Source of the DNA: Octopus vulgaris | Taxonomy: Eukaryota | Direction of reading: 5' to 3' | Length of the DNA stretch: 64,000 nt | Assembly: GCA_951406725.2 (NCBI GenBank) | Contig: OX597821.1 | Location: 113,708,001 to 113,772,000 of the forward strand | In this document: positions 1 through 13,098 of the stretch, piece by piece | Numbering within the stretch: position 1 is the first letter of the stretch | Layout: the number at the start of each line of letters is the position of its first letter | Notes under the pieces: model-generated | Seen by the model: the letters and a program-made list of their open reading frames with translations, nothing else | Databases searched by the model: none | What the model was told of the DNA's origin: nothing | Translations under genes and position numbers: made by a program

Positions 1-170
1 AAAGGGTTTTGAAACAAGTTATATGGTTTCCAATTTTTAGAACAGGTTTCAAGTGAATAAACACAGATGAGTCGTGAAAATTTAATAATGTAAATAAGAA
101 TTAACATGGCAACAGTCTTGTAGGGAAATACACAGAATTACTACCACGTGACCTTTTTTGATCTGGCAAA

Positions 171-178
171 TGTATATA

Positions 179-244
<66 letters not shown>

Positions 245-391
245 TATATATATACATATATATACATATATATATACATATATATACATATATATATACA
301 TATATATACATATATATATACATATATATACATATATATATACATATATATACATATATATAAATACATATATATATATACATATATATAT
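171..391. repeat. (TA)n / (TATATACA)n microsatellite
   Basis: Direct reading. Confidence 0.95.
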
Positions 392-638
392 ACGGTTTCG
401 ATTCCTAGACCGGGCGTTGTGAGTGTTTATTGAGCAAAAACTCCTAAAAAGCTCCACGAGGCTCCGGCAGGGGGTGGTGATCCCTGCTGTACTCTTTCAC
501 CACACTTTCTCTCACTATTTCTTCTATTGGCCTGCTCGCTTAGCCAGCGGGGTGGCGTCATTCGAAGGCTAAAACAATGCGAACGCATTGTGACCAGCGA
601 TGTGTAACAACATCTGATGGTCTGGTCGGTCACGTGAT

Positions 639-640
<2 letters not shown>
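392..640 (+). mobile_element. tRNA-derived SINE, 5'-truncated (same head/body as 39495-39877 and 19550-19916)
   Basis: B-box ggtttcgattcc followed by gaccgggcgttgtgagtgtttattgagc...gctccacgaggctccggcagggg...ctgctgtactctttc, shared with the other two copies. Confidence 0.8.
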
Positions 641-687
<47 letters not shown>

Positions 688-723
<36 letters not shown>

Positions 724-2797
724 TGTGTACAGTGCTCAGGTGCACTACAACTCATCTAAAGTGTATATATAATCAGGTGTAGTTTCGACGGATTTCGGGA
801 AGCATGAGGGCCTTAAAGGATGCAGTGTCATGGCAGTCAACAACTGATGCAGGCAGTTTATTCCACGCTTCAGCAACCCTGAGCGTGAAAAAATGTTTCC
901 GAAAGTCATGGGAGCTGTGCTGTTTTCTGACTTTGTAGGCATGTCCACGTGTGTTAGACACATGGAGATCAAAAAGGTGTTCAGTGTTGTTGTTGGTGAG
1001 GTGGTTGATAACCTTGTGGGTGTTTACCAAGTCCGTCGCTAGACGCCGGAGCTTCAGTGAATCCATGCCCAGGGAAACAAGGCGCTCAGAATATGGTAGG
1101 TGTCTGATGGAGGGTATGCGTTTGGTTGCACGTCTCTGGACAGATTCCAGGAGGTCAATGTTCTGAGCAAGATAGGGATTCCAAACTGATGATGCGAATT
1201 CCAAGTGTGGTCGTACCATAGCTGTATACAGTTTTAAATAGATGGCTGGAGAGCGGCTAACAAAAGTCTTGCTGAGTGATGCCAAGACACCCTCGGCCTT
1301 CTTGACAATTTTAGAGATATGCTTTGTCCAACGCAAATCACTGCTGACAGTGATGCCTAGGTCACGCTCGCAAGAGGATTTCTTGATATCAGTGTTGTGG
1401 AGGGAGTATGTGGACGCAGGGTTTTTTCTCCCAAAATGCATGGTGGTACACTTGTCCACAGCCAGTTTCAGTTGCCAGTCTGTGATCCATTGCTGCATTG
1501 TGTCTAGGTCTGATTGCAGGAAAGAGTTGTAGACATCAGGATCAGTCCTCTTGATTTCAAGGTACAGCTTGATGTCGTCTGCATATTTCAATACTGTGGC
1601 ATTCTTTAAATTGGCATCTATGTCATTAATGTATGCCACAAACAGGAGGGGACCAAGGACAGATCCCTGTGGTACACCCGATGACATCTCATATGGTGTA
1701 GAGTGCTGTCCTAGAACTGTGACTACCTCCTTTCGGCTGAGGATGAAGGATTTCAACCAGTTAAAAAGGTCATCCCCCACACCCATTGCAGAGAGTTTCA
1801 CCGTAAGCCATTTGTGTGGCACAGAGTTGAAAGCCTTAGCAAAGTCAAGGTAGACAACATCCACCCATGAGCCACTGTCAGTGATCTGAGTAATGTCCTC
1901 AAGGAACTCGACAAGCTGGTCACTGCAGCTGGAGTTAGGGAGAAATCCATATTGTGAGGGTCGGATGAGACTGTGAGAGCTCCAGAAGTTCCAGAGTGTT
2001 TCTCTGACACACGATTCCATCAGTTTTGCAATACAGCTAGTGAGACTGACTGGGCGATAGTTGACAGGTGATGTGCGGTCACCCTTTTTGAACAGAGGAA
2101 TGACACTGGCAGTTTTCCACTGCTCCGGAGTAGCACCATTGTTGAGACAGTACTGGAAGAAAATAGAAAGCTGGTGTAAAAGGAAGTGCCTGCCACGTTT
2201 GAGAAGCAGGTATGTAACTCCATCGAGACCAGGGGAGGCATAGTTGCGCTTATTTTGAAGGTGACGTCGCAGCATTGCAGGTGTAAATTCCATAGTTGTT
2301 ATGGAGTTTGCTGTTAGTGATGGTGAAGATGGTACATTTTGACTTTCGACAGTGAATATGTTTGCATAGCACTCGGCAATGAGTTCTGTGCATTCCTTGG
2401 GGTCGTCAGTGATCTGGTTCGTGTGAGGGTTGCGAAGAGGGCCCACTGGAGAGTGAGGTCTCTGCTTTGAATGCACATATTTCCAGAAAACCTTGCTGTC
2501 AGGATTGGCTGCTATGCACTGTTCAAATTCAAGCACTGCATTTTTTGTCACTTGCTTGAGATGGTTGGATGATTTATTCCGCTTCTTCCTGTTGGTGTCT
2601 GATTTATGCAACTTGTATTCCTGTTCAGCAGTCCGACGTTCCTTCCTGGCAAGTCGGACCGCTGAAGTTTCCCAAATTGCCCTTTTGGGGCGGTTCTTCT
2701 TTTTTTGTTTACGTGGCACTGATGCTGCACATGCTGCCCATATTGAGTCCAGGATACTCTGGAGTATAGTATTCACATCTCCAGAGTTGTAGAATTC
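688..2797 (-). mobile_element. CR1/L2-group LINE copy with short 3' UTR and (TTA)n tail
   Basis: The RT ORF stop at 773 is followed by a ~50-nt UTR and a (TTA)n tail (688-722); the element sits in a (TA)n tract. Confidence 0.88.
773..2776 (-). CDS. Non-LTR retrotransposon ORF2 (reverse transcriptase plus C-terminus), CR1/L2-group, 5'-truncated
   Basis: 667-codon open frame with PLFKKGDR..NYRPVSLTS, YLDFAKAF, SGVPQGSVLGPLLF, KYADD, ERDLG, VRPHLEFA, LESVQRRATK, FFTLRVAEAWNKLP. No endonuclease domain is present. Confidence 0.95.
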   Translation of the reverse strand: MNTILQSILDSIWAACAASVPRKQKKKNRPKRAIWETSAVRLARKERRTAEQEYKLHKSDTNRKKRNKSSNHLKQVTKNAVLEFEQCIAANPDSKVFWKYVHSKQRPHSPVGPLRNPHTNQITDDPKECTELIAECYANIFTVESQNVPSSPSLTANSITTMEFTPAMLRRHLQNKRNYASPGLDGVTYLLLKRGRHFLLHQLSIFFQYCLNNGATPEQWKTASVIPLFKKGDRTSPVNYRPVSLTSCIAKLMESCVRETLWNFWSSHSLIRPSQYGFLPNSSCSDQLVEFLEDITQITDSGSWVDVVYLDFAKAFNSVPHKWLTVKLSAMGVGDDLFNWLKSFILSRKEVVTVLGQHSTPYEMSSGVPQGSVLGPLLFVAYINDIDANLKNATVLKYADDIKLYLEIKRTDPDVYNSFLQSDLDTMQQWITDWQLKLAVDKCTTMHFGRKNPASTYSLHNTDIKKSSCERDLGITVSSDLRWTKHISKIVKKAEGVLASLSKTFVSRSPAIYLKLYTAMVRPHLEFASSVWNPYLAQNIDLLESVQRRATKRIPSIRHLPYSERLVSLGMDSLKLRRLATDLVNTHKVINHLTNNNTEHLFDLHVSNTRGHAYKVRKQHSSHDFRKHFFTLRVAEAWNKLPASVVDCHDTASFKALMLPEIRRNYT

Positions 2798-3255
2798 ACA
2801 TATATATGTATCTATTCGTCCTTAGTCGAAAGACACCTGTTGTTAATGTCCTGTTTATGCATTTGTATTTGTGTACCATTTCTCCGTTTTTTTTGTCCTT
2901 TTTTCGTATACATTCGTTGCTTTCTTCCAAGGAATCTAGAGCTCTTAGCTTAGATTTTCCTTGGGGCTGGCCAGATTGGAGCAGTCTCGAATTTAACCAG
3001 CCGAAATTGCAAAGATAATCTGGAACTTGACTGACGAAAGAAAAGTCTGAATGATCTGTCCTTGTTTTTTCTTGTCCCTTTTTGTATCATCTGTCTGGAT
3101 GTCTTGTTGTCGCCTGTTGCGTTCTAGTCTCCCATTTTTTTGTATTCTTTTATATATATATATAAACTTATAAATGGATTAAAACTTTTTCTAATGGAAT
3201 TCTCATTTGTTCCATAAAACAACCAGTTTATCCTATCAATCTTATATATCCACTT

Positions 3256-3313
<58 letters not shown>

Positions 3314-3676
3314 ACCTCCCCTTATATACCCTGTTCAATATGAAAATTAAACGAATCAAAATATCTTCTCGTTTGACAGTCAGCCTATATAACTACCATT
3401 CTGTCACACCACGCTCTACATGACTACATCTCTCGGAGGAATGGCTGGTCTCAGGGCAAGTGAATGAACTCTTGATAGTTCTTATAAATTTTTTGTTTTC
3501 CGTAGAGAGAAGGAAATATCTTAAAACATTTGATCGAATTTTCTTTTTTTCAAATACAATTTAAAAAAAATTTTTAATCATAGGAAATGGTCTTTAACAC
3601 TGGTATGTTCATCTCGTTGGTTGTTCTGTACGAGATAGTTTAAGGTTTTCGCATGCTTGGGTTATTTGCTAGAATT

Positions 3677-3760
<84 letters not shown>

Positions 3761-4829
3761 TACTCTTAGTTATCAATCTATCTCCTGTGTGTGTATATGT
3801 AAATATATACATATACCTCTAAATAATATATATGTATGTAGATAAGCTGTAACACACGCACACACACACCACTGACGTGAGTTATTTTTGTGTGTGTGAG
3901 AGAGAATGTATATGCGTATCTGTGTGTGTGTTTGAGTGCGTGTGTATGTGTGTGAGTGTTTATTGATAGAATTAGGAATTAGAACAAGATCCAAAACTAA
4001 ACGTTGAACTGACGGAATCGTCAGAGCGTTGGACAGACAGAAACACCGAGCGATATTTAGTAACGATTTTTGATGTTCCGAGTTAAAATCCTCACGAGAT
4101 CAAGTTAGCTGTTTATACTTTCGGGGCCGATAAAACGAAGTATCAGTAGACCACTAGGGACGATTTATCGATTGTTTATCGATAAATATTCGTATAAGAC
4201 ATCATTGATTTAATTGGAAGTATAACGGTTTCAAATTTTGGGGTAAGGCCACCTTCGACCTCAGTGTTTGTCTGGTACTTTGTTTTATCGACTCCGAAAG
4301 GATGAAAGGCAAAGTTGACCTCAGCGGAATTTGAACACAGAACGTAAGTAGCGAGAAGAAATGCCGTAAAGCAATTTTTCTGACGTGCTAACGATTCTGC
4401 CACCAAGTCGCCGAAAGAGATGACAAAACCAAACTGGCGAGGGAGCACATATTTTGATGTAGGTTTCCACCCGAGGCCGTTACCCGACTTAAGGGAAATA
4501 CTTCCCGTTGTTAGTGTGTTTATAGTTAACGGTACTTCCGATACTTTTGAAAAGTTTGGCAGTTAATATGTTGAAACTATGGATTTGCAGACAATGTCAC
4601 TTGAGTATATAGTTTTGGATCACGACAAATACCGACACCTTCGTTCACTGAAACTCAGTCTTGTTACACAAGCATCTTCGCTCACTCTCAATCTTGTTAC
4701 ACAAGCATCTCACTCACACTCAAGGTTTTAAAACACAAGTTATGTTAAAAGTTTTTCATGCAACTTTCAAAAATAAGCGCCTCTCCAGCGACACATACAC
4801 ACAGATGTAGGGAGAGAGAGAGAGAGAGA

Positions 4830-4893
<64 letters not shown>

Positions 4894-5559
4894 AAGAACT
4901 GCGTTTAGAAAGAAAGTAAGTGAATTGAAGCCAATACTGCTGTTTAGTAATATAGTTTAATAATGATTAATACGGCTTAATACAGTCGAAATTATAGTCA
5001 CATACTCTGAATATGTATATACAGGTTAACATCGTTTTTTGTTTGTTTGTTTACCTTTCCTCAATCAATAATAATTAATTACCAGTCAAGTTAAGTACTA
5101 ATCAATCACTGAAATCGATTTAATCGATTGTTAATCTATGATATCGTGCAGTGAATTGTGGGCAAAGTATAGTACTGGAGATTCCAATCCTTATCACCCA
5201 ATCATCACCCTCTATCGTGAGGCTGGTTCGACAACAGGTGAACCGACGCATCGCCGGTTCTGGTACGTTGCTGTCATATCATAGCAATGTTTATGTCTTG
5301 TAACATACTATAGTAATCACGTGATCGACCAAACTATCAGATGTTGTTATACATCGCTGGTCACAATGCCCTTTGCATTGGAAAAACAGTCCGTCATAGG
5401 GTGACCCATTTACAGCTGAGTGTACTGGTGCAACGTGAAATGAAGTGTTTTGCTCATGAACGCAAAACACTGCTGGTCTGGGAATCGAAACTGTGATCTC
5501 TTGGTCGCGAGTGCAACACGCCTAGCCACTAGGCCACGCGCCTTCGCATATCATTCTTT

Positions 5560-5958
5560 CATTCTTTTATTTGTTTCAGTCATTTGACTGCGGCCATGCT
5601 GGAGCACCGCCTTTAGTCGAACAAATCGACCCTAGGACTTATTCTTTGTAAGCCTAGTACTTACTCTATCGGACGCTTATGCCGAACCGCTAAGTTACGG
5701 GGACGTAAATGTACCAATATCAGTTGTTAAGTGGCGATGGTGGGGGTGGGGGACAAACACAGACACACAAATACAGACATATATGCATACACACACACAC
5801 AGAGCTTCTTTCAGTTTCCGTCTACCAAATCCACCCACAAGGCTTTGGTCGGCTCTGGGCTATAGCAGAAAACACTTTCCCAAGGTGCCAGACAGTAGAA
5901 CTGAACCCAGAACCATGTGGTTGATAAGCCAGCTACTTAACACAAAACCACGCCTGCG
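5560..5958 (-). mobile_element. Second abundant SINE family with an internal microsatellite; other copies at about 11265-11590(-), 15600-16155(-), 16460-17058(-), 17300-17686(-), 18720-19105(-), 27105-27508(+), 30745-31140(-), 32860-33685(+), 62700-62912(+)
   Basis: Head ggttcagtcccactgcgtggcaccttgggcaagtgtcttctactatagcc, middle ...acgtccccgtaacttagcggttcggcaaaag..., tail gcggtgctccagcatggccgcagtcaaatgactgaaacaa. Confidence 0.82.
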
Positions 5959-6616
5959 ACTATAAAAAAAAAAAGGCAGGATGGATAACAAATAAGAAAA
6001 AGAAGCCTCTTAGCTTTCGTTCCCTTTGGCCGAAATGCCGGTGGCAGTTCTTCTAAAAGGCGGACGCAACACTCGAAGAATATACTGGGAAACAGAGAAG
6101 CCTAACACGGAACTAGTTTTGGTGGAAAGTCAAAAAGGCCGCGGCTGCTGCACGACGACTATAATGTTACATCTGTTATTTATATATTTGTTTCTTTGTT
6201 TTATTTATTGAGAAAGTTGAAACTGTTTGTATCAGAAGGGGTGCCGTAATTAAATGCTATCATCACCATCATCCCAGTATTGCTGAGTTAAGCAGATTTC
6301 CGTTTGCCGGGCGTAAGTTTTAATCGTCCGCAGACGCTACAATGTGACTCAAGGAACAAGCGTTGGAAAATGTCGGCCCTCCGATCGCTTTTTAACGTCT
6401 GCCGGTTACAAAATTTACTCCACGATAAATGTCTATTCGTCTGTCTGTCTGTCTATCTATCTATCAGTGCGTGTGTGTGCGTGTGTGCATATAGAATAAT
6501 CCTTTATATAAACACCCACCCACACACATACATACATTTACATGCACATATATATATATATTTACATGCATATATATATATATACACATCTATCTATACA
6601 TTGCACACACACACAC

Positions 6617-6680
<64 letters not shown>

Positions 6681-6768
6681 ATATATATATATATATATAT
6701 ATAGTTGGCAGTTATATGTTACAGTTTCGTGCTGCTACTGTTTATATTTCGCTCAGATTTAATATAGC

Positions 6769-6799
<31 letters not shown>

Positions 6800-7159
6800 C
6801 ACACACATATTTTAAATGTAAACATATAAAGAGAGTGATAGATAGATAGATGGATAGAGAGATAAACGGATTGGCATGCATAAAATTAGATATGCAAATA
6901 AGTCAAATGACTAAAAGTTGTGTGAGTGTTGCTCGTAACATTTTTGGCAAATACCTAGAAGTGAGTTCCCCCCATTCAGTGGAATGAACACGCGGAGACA
7001 CAACACGCACGTGATTAAACGACAACAACCAATGGAAACTAGTCGACCAGTTTCCGCCTGTCATCCGGCAGAAAGACATTTCTGGGGTCTTATTTTTACA
7101 CACAGGACTTTGTCTATCTCTATCAAACATGTGTAAGTCAGCTTATTCGCATTACAAGA

Positions 7160-7358
<199 letters not shown>

Positions 7359-7389
7359 AACTCTGTGTGTCCGTGTGTCCGTGTGTTTT

Positions 7390-7640
7390 CTTGCCAATAT
7401 AAAAACCCGATTTCTAACCGAGATCCAAGGTTCCTTCATTGAAATTCCAACAACATCAACAGGGCACTTGTGCATGTTTGTGTGCGTGTGGGCAGTATTT
7501 GGGGGTCAATGCACGTGTAGATGTGCATGTTTTGTTTTATGTATGCATTCCCATGCATATAGTTGCATGTCTAGAGATGCACATATACTAAAGTAATAAA
7601 CTTCTAGAAAGTTTTACACAATTTTACTCTTCATTTGATA
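7390..7640 (-). mobile_element. Diverged second copy of the 3' end of the RLE element at 8620-9117
   Basis: Shares gatccaaggttccttc, catgcatatagttgcat and taaacttct.gaaagttttaca with 8686-8932. Confidence 0.6.
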
Positions 7641-7681
7641 ACTTTTACCTATGTATAGATGTATGTATATATGTATGTATT

Positions 7682-7808
7682 TAGGGCCGGCTCAAGGCAC
7701 CGGCAACTCGGCAACTCGGGCAGTCGCCCGGGGCGCCATCTGCTAGGGGGCTCCAAGGAGGGCGTGACAAACACAAGGAAATTTCCAGCAACCCTAGTGC
7801 CGGCCCTG
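7682..7808. mobile_element. 127-bp hAT-like MITE
   Basis: Termini (t)AGGGCCGGC ... GCCGGCCCTG; 8-bp flanks tatgtatt / tatgtatg match 7/8, although they lie within a TATG repeat. Confidence 0.7.
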
Positions 7809-8619
7809 TATGTATGTATGTATGTATGTATGTATGTATGTATGTATGTATGCATGTATGTATGCATGCATGCATGCATGTATATGTATGTATGTATGTA
7901 TGCATGTATGTATGTATATGTATGTATGTATGTATGCATGCATGCCTGTATGTATGCATGCATGCATGCATGTATGTATGTATGTATATGTATGTATGTA
8001 TGTATGTGTATCTGAATGTCTGTGTACATGCGACTGTATAGATATGTGTGTGTGTGTGTATATATATATATATACATACACGCACATATAAATATACATA
8101 TATGCATATATATGTGTAACATAAGTAAATATATACGTCCATTATGTTTGTATATATATATTCACACACACACACGCACACACGCAAATACAAGTATGCC
8201 TGCACGTTCGTGTGTTTGTATGTTTGTCTGTATACATGCATGTATGCACTATGTAGGTGTGTGCATATATAAACGCTACGTTCATACACGTACGGCCGCC
8301 CAGCCCCAGATTAGAACGCCGATCGATTACATTAAAATAGTTGTGTAGTTAGTCAATAGGCGTGTATACCGTAAAGGAAGCTTCGTCATAATATTGTCAT
8401 TTACGAGATAGTAATTAATATTTAAGTCATTAATCAGAGATGCAGCAATATGCTGTAGAAAATGAGATAATAATAATAATAATAATAATAATAATTATAA
8501 AACAGCGATGCACCTGTGCATTGGTAGATGTCTATCTGAACAAATTTTAGTGTGTATGTGCATGTTGCATACATACATACATACAATGCCCCCGCCACAC
8601 ACATATGTATGTATGTCAT

Positions 8620-9117
8620 TATACAGTTTATTTCAAGACTTCCAAGCAATAGAGAAAGAATCGGTATCTAACATAGATCCAACATAGATCCAAGGTTCCT
8701 TCGTTGCAATTTCAACATCAGCAACAGGGTGTGCTTGTTTGTTTGTATGTATGTATGTATGTACGTATGTATGTATGTATGTATGTATGTATGTATGTAT
8801 GTATGTATGCATGCATGTTTGTATACGTGCAGATTTCAATGCTTTGTTTTATGTATGTAATCTCATGCATATAGTTGCATATAAAGACCTGCACATATAT
8901 ATTTAAATGATAAACTTCTGGAAAGTTTTACAGATTTTTACAGTTCCAGTGATGGATTGGATCTGTAGTCTTCGAATTAGCTTTCTCCTTTCTGATTTTG
9001 AGAAGCCTAATTTCTCAAGATTGGTATTTAGGCAGTGTGTTACATATCCCACGCCCCAATAATTACAGGTATAAACATGAGCTTGTAATCTAGATAGAGT
9101 AACTGCAGATTTCTCAA
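8620..9117 (-). mobile_element. 3' end of a restriction-like-endonuclease (R4/Dong/NeSL-type) non-LTR element
   Basis: Minus-strand peptide LRNLQLLYLDYKLMFIPVIIGA(frameshift)GYVTHCLNTNLEKLGFSKSERRKLIRRLQIQSITGTVKICKTFQKFII* (stop 8903-8905) matches the PVIIGALG RLE C-terminal motif; a 3' UTR follows. Confidence 0.65.
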
Positions 9118-9446
9118 TGTATGTATGTATGTATGTATGTATGTATGTATGTATGTGTGTATGTATGTATGTATGTATGTATATATGTATGTATGTATGT
9201 ATGTATGTGTGTATGTGTGTATGTGTGTATGTATGTGTGTATGTATGTATGTATGTATGTATGTATGTATGTATGTATGTATGTATGTATGTGTGTATGT
9301 ATGTATGTGTGTATGTGTGTATGTATGTATGTATGTATGTATGTATGTATGTATGTATGTATGTATGTATGTATGTATGTATGTATGTATGTATGTATGT
9401 ATGTATGTATGTATGTATGTATGTATGTATGTATGTATGTATGTAT
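9117..9446. repeat. (TATG)n microsatellite
   Basis: Direct reading. Confidence 0.95.
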
Positions 9447-9670
9447 AAATGAGACCATTTTTATAAACAAACATTGAAGCGTCGAGATGGTTGGTATTTT
9501 AGAAATGGAGCAAATGTCGATCGCTGGGGAATAGATGTGAAGACAGCTAAGAGGATTGGTTAGAATCCCCTAATAGCCGGGGAAAAGGCCCTCCAAGACG
9601 CTACAGAGAATCAAACTCTGGGCCGCCACTCAACACAAACACACACATACCGACACACAGACACACACAC

Positions 9671-9715
<45 letters not shown>

Positions 9716-9822
9716 TATATATATATATAAATAAGGATAAGATCGTTAATTTACAAATAATATAACGATTTTATCAAGTGGTCAGCATGGAAAAAATAAC
9801 CTTCAAAGGTAATAATTATTAA

Positions 9823-10004
9823 AATTATAAATTAGGGTATCTACGAGATACCTCCATGCTGAAAATAGCAGTCATGATCTGACTCTAAAACCACCTTTGT
9901 TTTCTCTCTGTGTTGATATATGGACAATTAAGGTGGTTTTAGAGTCAGATCATGGCTGCTATTTTCAGCATGGAGGTATCTCGTAGATACCCTAATTTAT
10001 AATT
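9823..10004. repeat. Inverted repeat, 75-bp arms, 32-nt spacer
   Basis: 9823-9897 versus 9930-10004, one mismatch seen. Confidence 0.9.
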
Positions 10005-11589
10005 ACATATATTTATATATATATACTTACATATATGTATACAAACATACATAATCAAAATTGCTTTTTAATGTTTCACAAATAAAACTTATGCAAAATT
10101 TACACATACAGACAAATGCTTCCGCGCGCATACACACACACACACACGAACGTATGTATGTATGTATGTATGTATGTATGTATGTACGTACGACTGTTCA
10201 ACAATAAGCAACAAGGGTAAGCTGGAGATTTCTTCAATAAACAATGGAAGCAGTGTAACTTGGAACATTTACATTCCTCCCTTACATTTCCTTACATTTA
10301 ATTCTTTAGACACCAACTATTTACACTGGTTCTCCGAAACAACACGTGTTTGTTGATCTACGATTTTCAGACTATCAAGACTCTCAGACTCTCTCAGCTA
10401 AAAACTAAATGTGCCGGTATGTATAATGTTTCTCAACTGAAAACGAAATATAATATGAACGAAGATGAATATTGTACCAACCAACCTCATACAATATATA
10501 CATAATCAGATGGTAAAATGTTTTTAATTTTTCATTTCGTTCCTGTTCGACATATCCCTAATTTTGTGGTTATAGAACCTAGCTGTTCTTTCTAGCATGT
10601 TGAATCCCATGAGTGGATTCCTAATGTGTTTAAATGTTCACTGTATTTTATGATTAATACATAGTCTTTGGACTAAATTTTTACACGCTAGGCCACTGGA
10701 AGTGAAAATTTCTATTAATTTCCATTTCCCTTTGATATGATTATATATATATATACAGAAGCCATGCTATGAGAAACATGAAATTTATCACTTCAAGTAG
10801 ACGGCTGCTACGTTTTAACCCTCGGTCGACGAAACGAGGTTGTGGAAAGTAAGAATTGTATTCTTTGGTACAACGCCGTTCCTTTTGCTTCGTGGGAACA
10901 AAATTGCTGATTAGATCGATTGGGCATTCTTTCGGTTTGTGACCACAAATTGAAAGTGGAAATATTTATTCGATAACATGTAAGGGTTACGTCCCAAGTA
11001 GGAAACCGAAACTACTTTCACCCCGCAAAGTCAGCTTTCTAATTATTTAATTTAATTTAATTTTATTTTATTTTCAAAAATCACTTCTGATTCCTGTTTT
11101 TAACAACGGATTTTATGATTTTGCCCCCCCCCCCCCCTCCACGACCACCATCCCTCACCACGCGCAAAATAGAAAGAAAAAAGAAAAAGAACATTTAAAT
11201 TTTTAAAAATCCCTCCTACCTCACTTATTTGAAACTTTTTTCATTTCTTTTTATTTTTCTTTAATTTGTTTCAGTCATTAGACTGCGGCCATGCTGGGGC
11301 AGCGCACTCAAGGATTTTTAGTCGAATGGATCGACTCCAATACTTTTTTTTTTAGCCAGCTTGCCACTTACTCTATCGATCTCTTTTACCGAACTGTTAA
11401 GTTATGGAGACATAAACACACCAACAAGTGGTGATGAAGGACAAGCCCACACGCACACACACACATTATATACGACAGGCTTCTTTCAGTTTCCGTCTAC
11501 CAAATCCACTCACTTGCCCAAGGTGTCACGCAGTGGGACTGAACCCGGAACCATTTGGTTGGGAAGCTAGCTTTTTACCACACAGCCAC

Positions 11590-11650
<61 letters not shown>

Positions 11651-11720
11651 TAGTTTTATTTTTATAGCGTGCTTTCACTTCACTACCGAGCGCAGCTCTG
11701 TGTGCCTTGGGTATTATTGT

Positions 11721-11782
<62 letters not shown>

Positions 11783-12134
11783 TCAAGGTAACAATTCTGA
11801 TTGTAAGAAAATATCCAATTCTTCTTTTCAATATTTCAACGCTGAACGCCTATGATAATTTTCCACTTTCATTTTATAGTCCTATACCGAAAGAATACCG
11901 TCCATAAAGCAAAACTTATATTAACCTGTTCTTAGAGAACATAGTCAAAACTATCAAATCTGACAATATTTCATCATATCACTACTTAATAATACTTGTT
12001 ATTTTTTCTTTTTCTTTCTCTCTTTTTTTTTCTCCTCTCACTTTCACCATTCTGACAAGTAATAAAATAAATTCTAAGAAAAAAACAACAAAAAAAAACA
12101 AAAAAAACAACAACTATATCTTGACATCTGACGG

Positions 12135-12292
12135 TGACCACCACTGCGCACCGCAACGTCTGCAACAGGATCTGCAAATCCTGGTTAGGTCTCTATTCTC
12201 ACATGAGACGACACGACAAATCGCCAAACAAGGAACGCTGTACAGCCGTGTCCCGTGGAACTCTCATTCGTCGAAGCGACAAGAAGGTCCAG
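12135..12292 (+). mobile_element. RTE (BovB-like) LINE 3' remnant with terminal C2H2-like motif
   Basis: Peptide RNVCNRICKSWLGLYSHMRRH resembles the CxxCxRxxxSxIGLxSHxRxH end of RTE ORFs. Confidence 0.55.
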
Positions 12293-13035
12293 TCACACAT
12301 GGACATATATCTCACCAACCAACTGATCATACGTACATACATACAGACATACATGTATGTATGTATGCATGTATGTATGTATGTATGTATGTATGTATGT
12401 ATGTATGTATGTATGCATGCATGTATGCATGTATGTATGTAATAGACGTCTACGAATCCACAAGTCAGTAAAAAATATGCACCCGTATATTTGTCGGCAA
12501 TCGAGGTGGGGTATCTTAATCAAAGTATGATAGATCCATTACAGCTGATTTTAGAAATCGGTTTCGCAGTCGGTAAGAACGGGTGGCTGTAATGGATTTA
12601 TGACACCGAATATTTTGATTAGCTGGCACAATCGTTAGAATGGCGGTGCCCCAGCATGGCCAAAGCCTTTGGGCTGAAACGTAGAATAAAAGAATGCATA
12701 CGTATGTATGTATGTATGTATGTATGTATGTATGTATGTATGTATGTATGTATGTATGTACGTACGTATGTACACATGTATGTATGTATGTGTGTATATA
12801 TAGGTAGTGCGTGCCGTGTGTATGTATGTATGTATGTATGTATGTATGTATGTATGTATGTATGTATGTACGTACGTATATAGATAGATAGATAGATAGA
12901 TTGATAGATAGACGGATGGATGGATGTAATTCGCATTCATATATATGTATTTAAAAAAATTTTTTTTATATATATATATACAGACATTTATTTATTTATT
13001 CGATGAAATAAAATCAAATAAAAATGTTAACTTAC

Positions 13036-13098
13036 CGGCTTGCCATCTTTGCCAGGTGGTCCGACGGGGCCACTTGGTCCGCGCTCACCAGGATCACC
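13036..13098 (-). CDS. Collagen triple-helix exon (63 bp, phase 0): GDPGERGPSGPVGPPGKDGKP
   Basis: tttatctgcAG|GGTGATCCT...GGCAAGCCG|GTaagt; seven Gly-X-Y triplets, in frame with the four 54-bp exons upstream. The gene continues beyond both ends of the window. Confidence 0.92.

Noticed and set aside
82-457. YIYI, THTH, MYVC, poly-I/L/N/S and NQPT ORFs here and throughout the ORF track
   Set aside because: They are translations of microsatellites, with no coding evidence.
2925-3012. Hairpin plus GGCUGG/CCAGCC-GAAA-UUGCAA
   Set aside because: Lacks the CUGANGA strand; likely part of an unclassified repeat.
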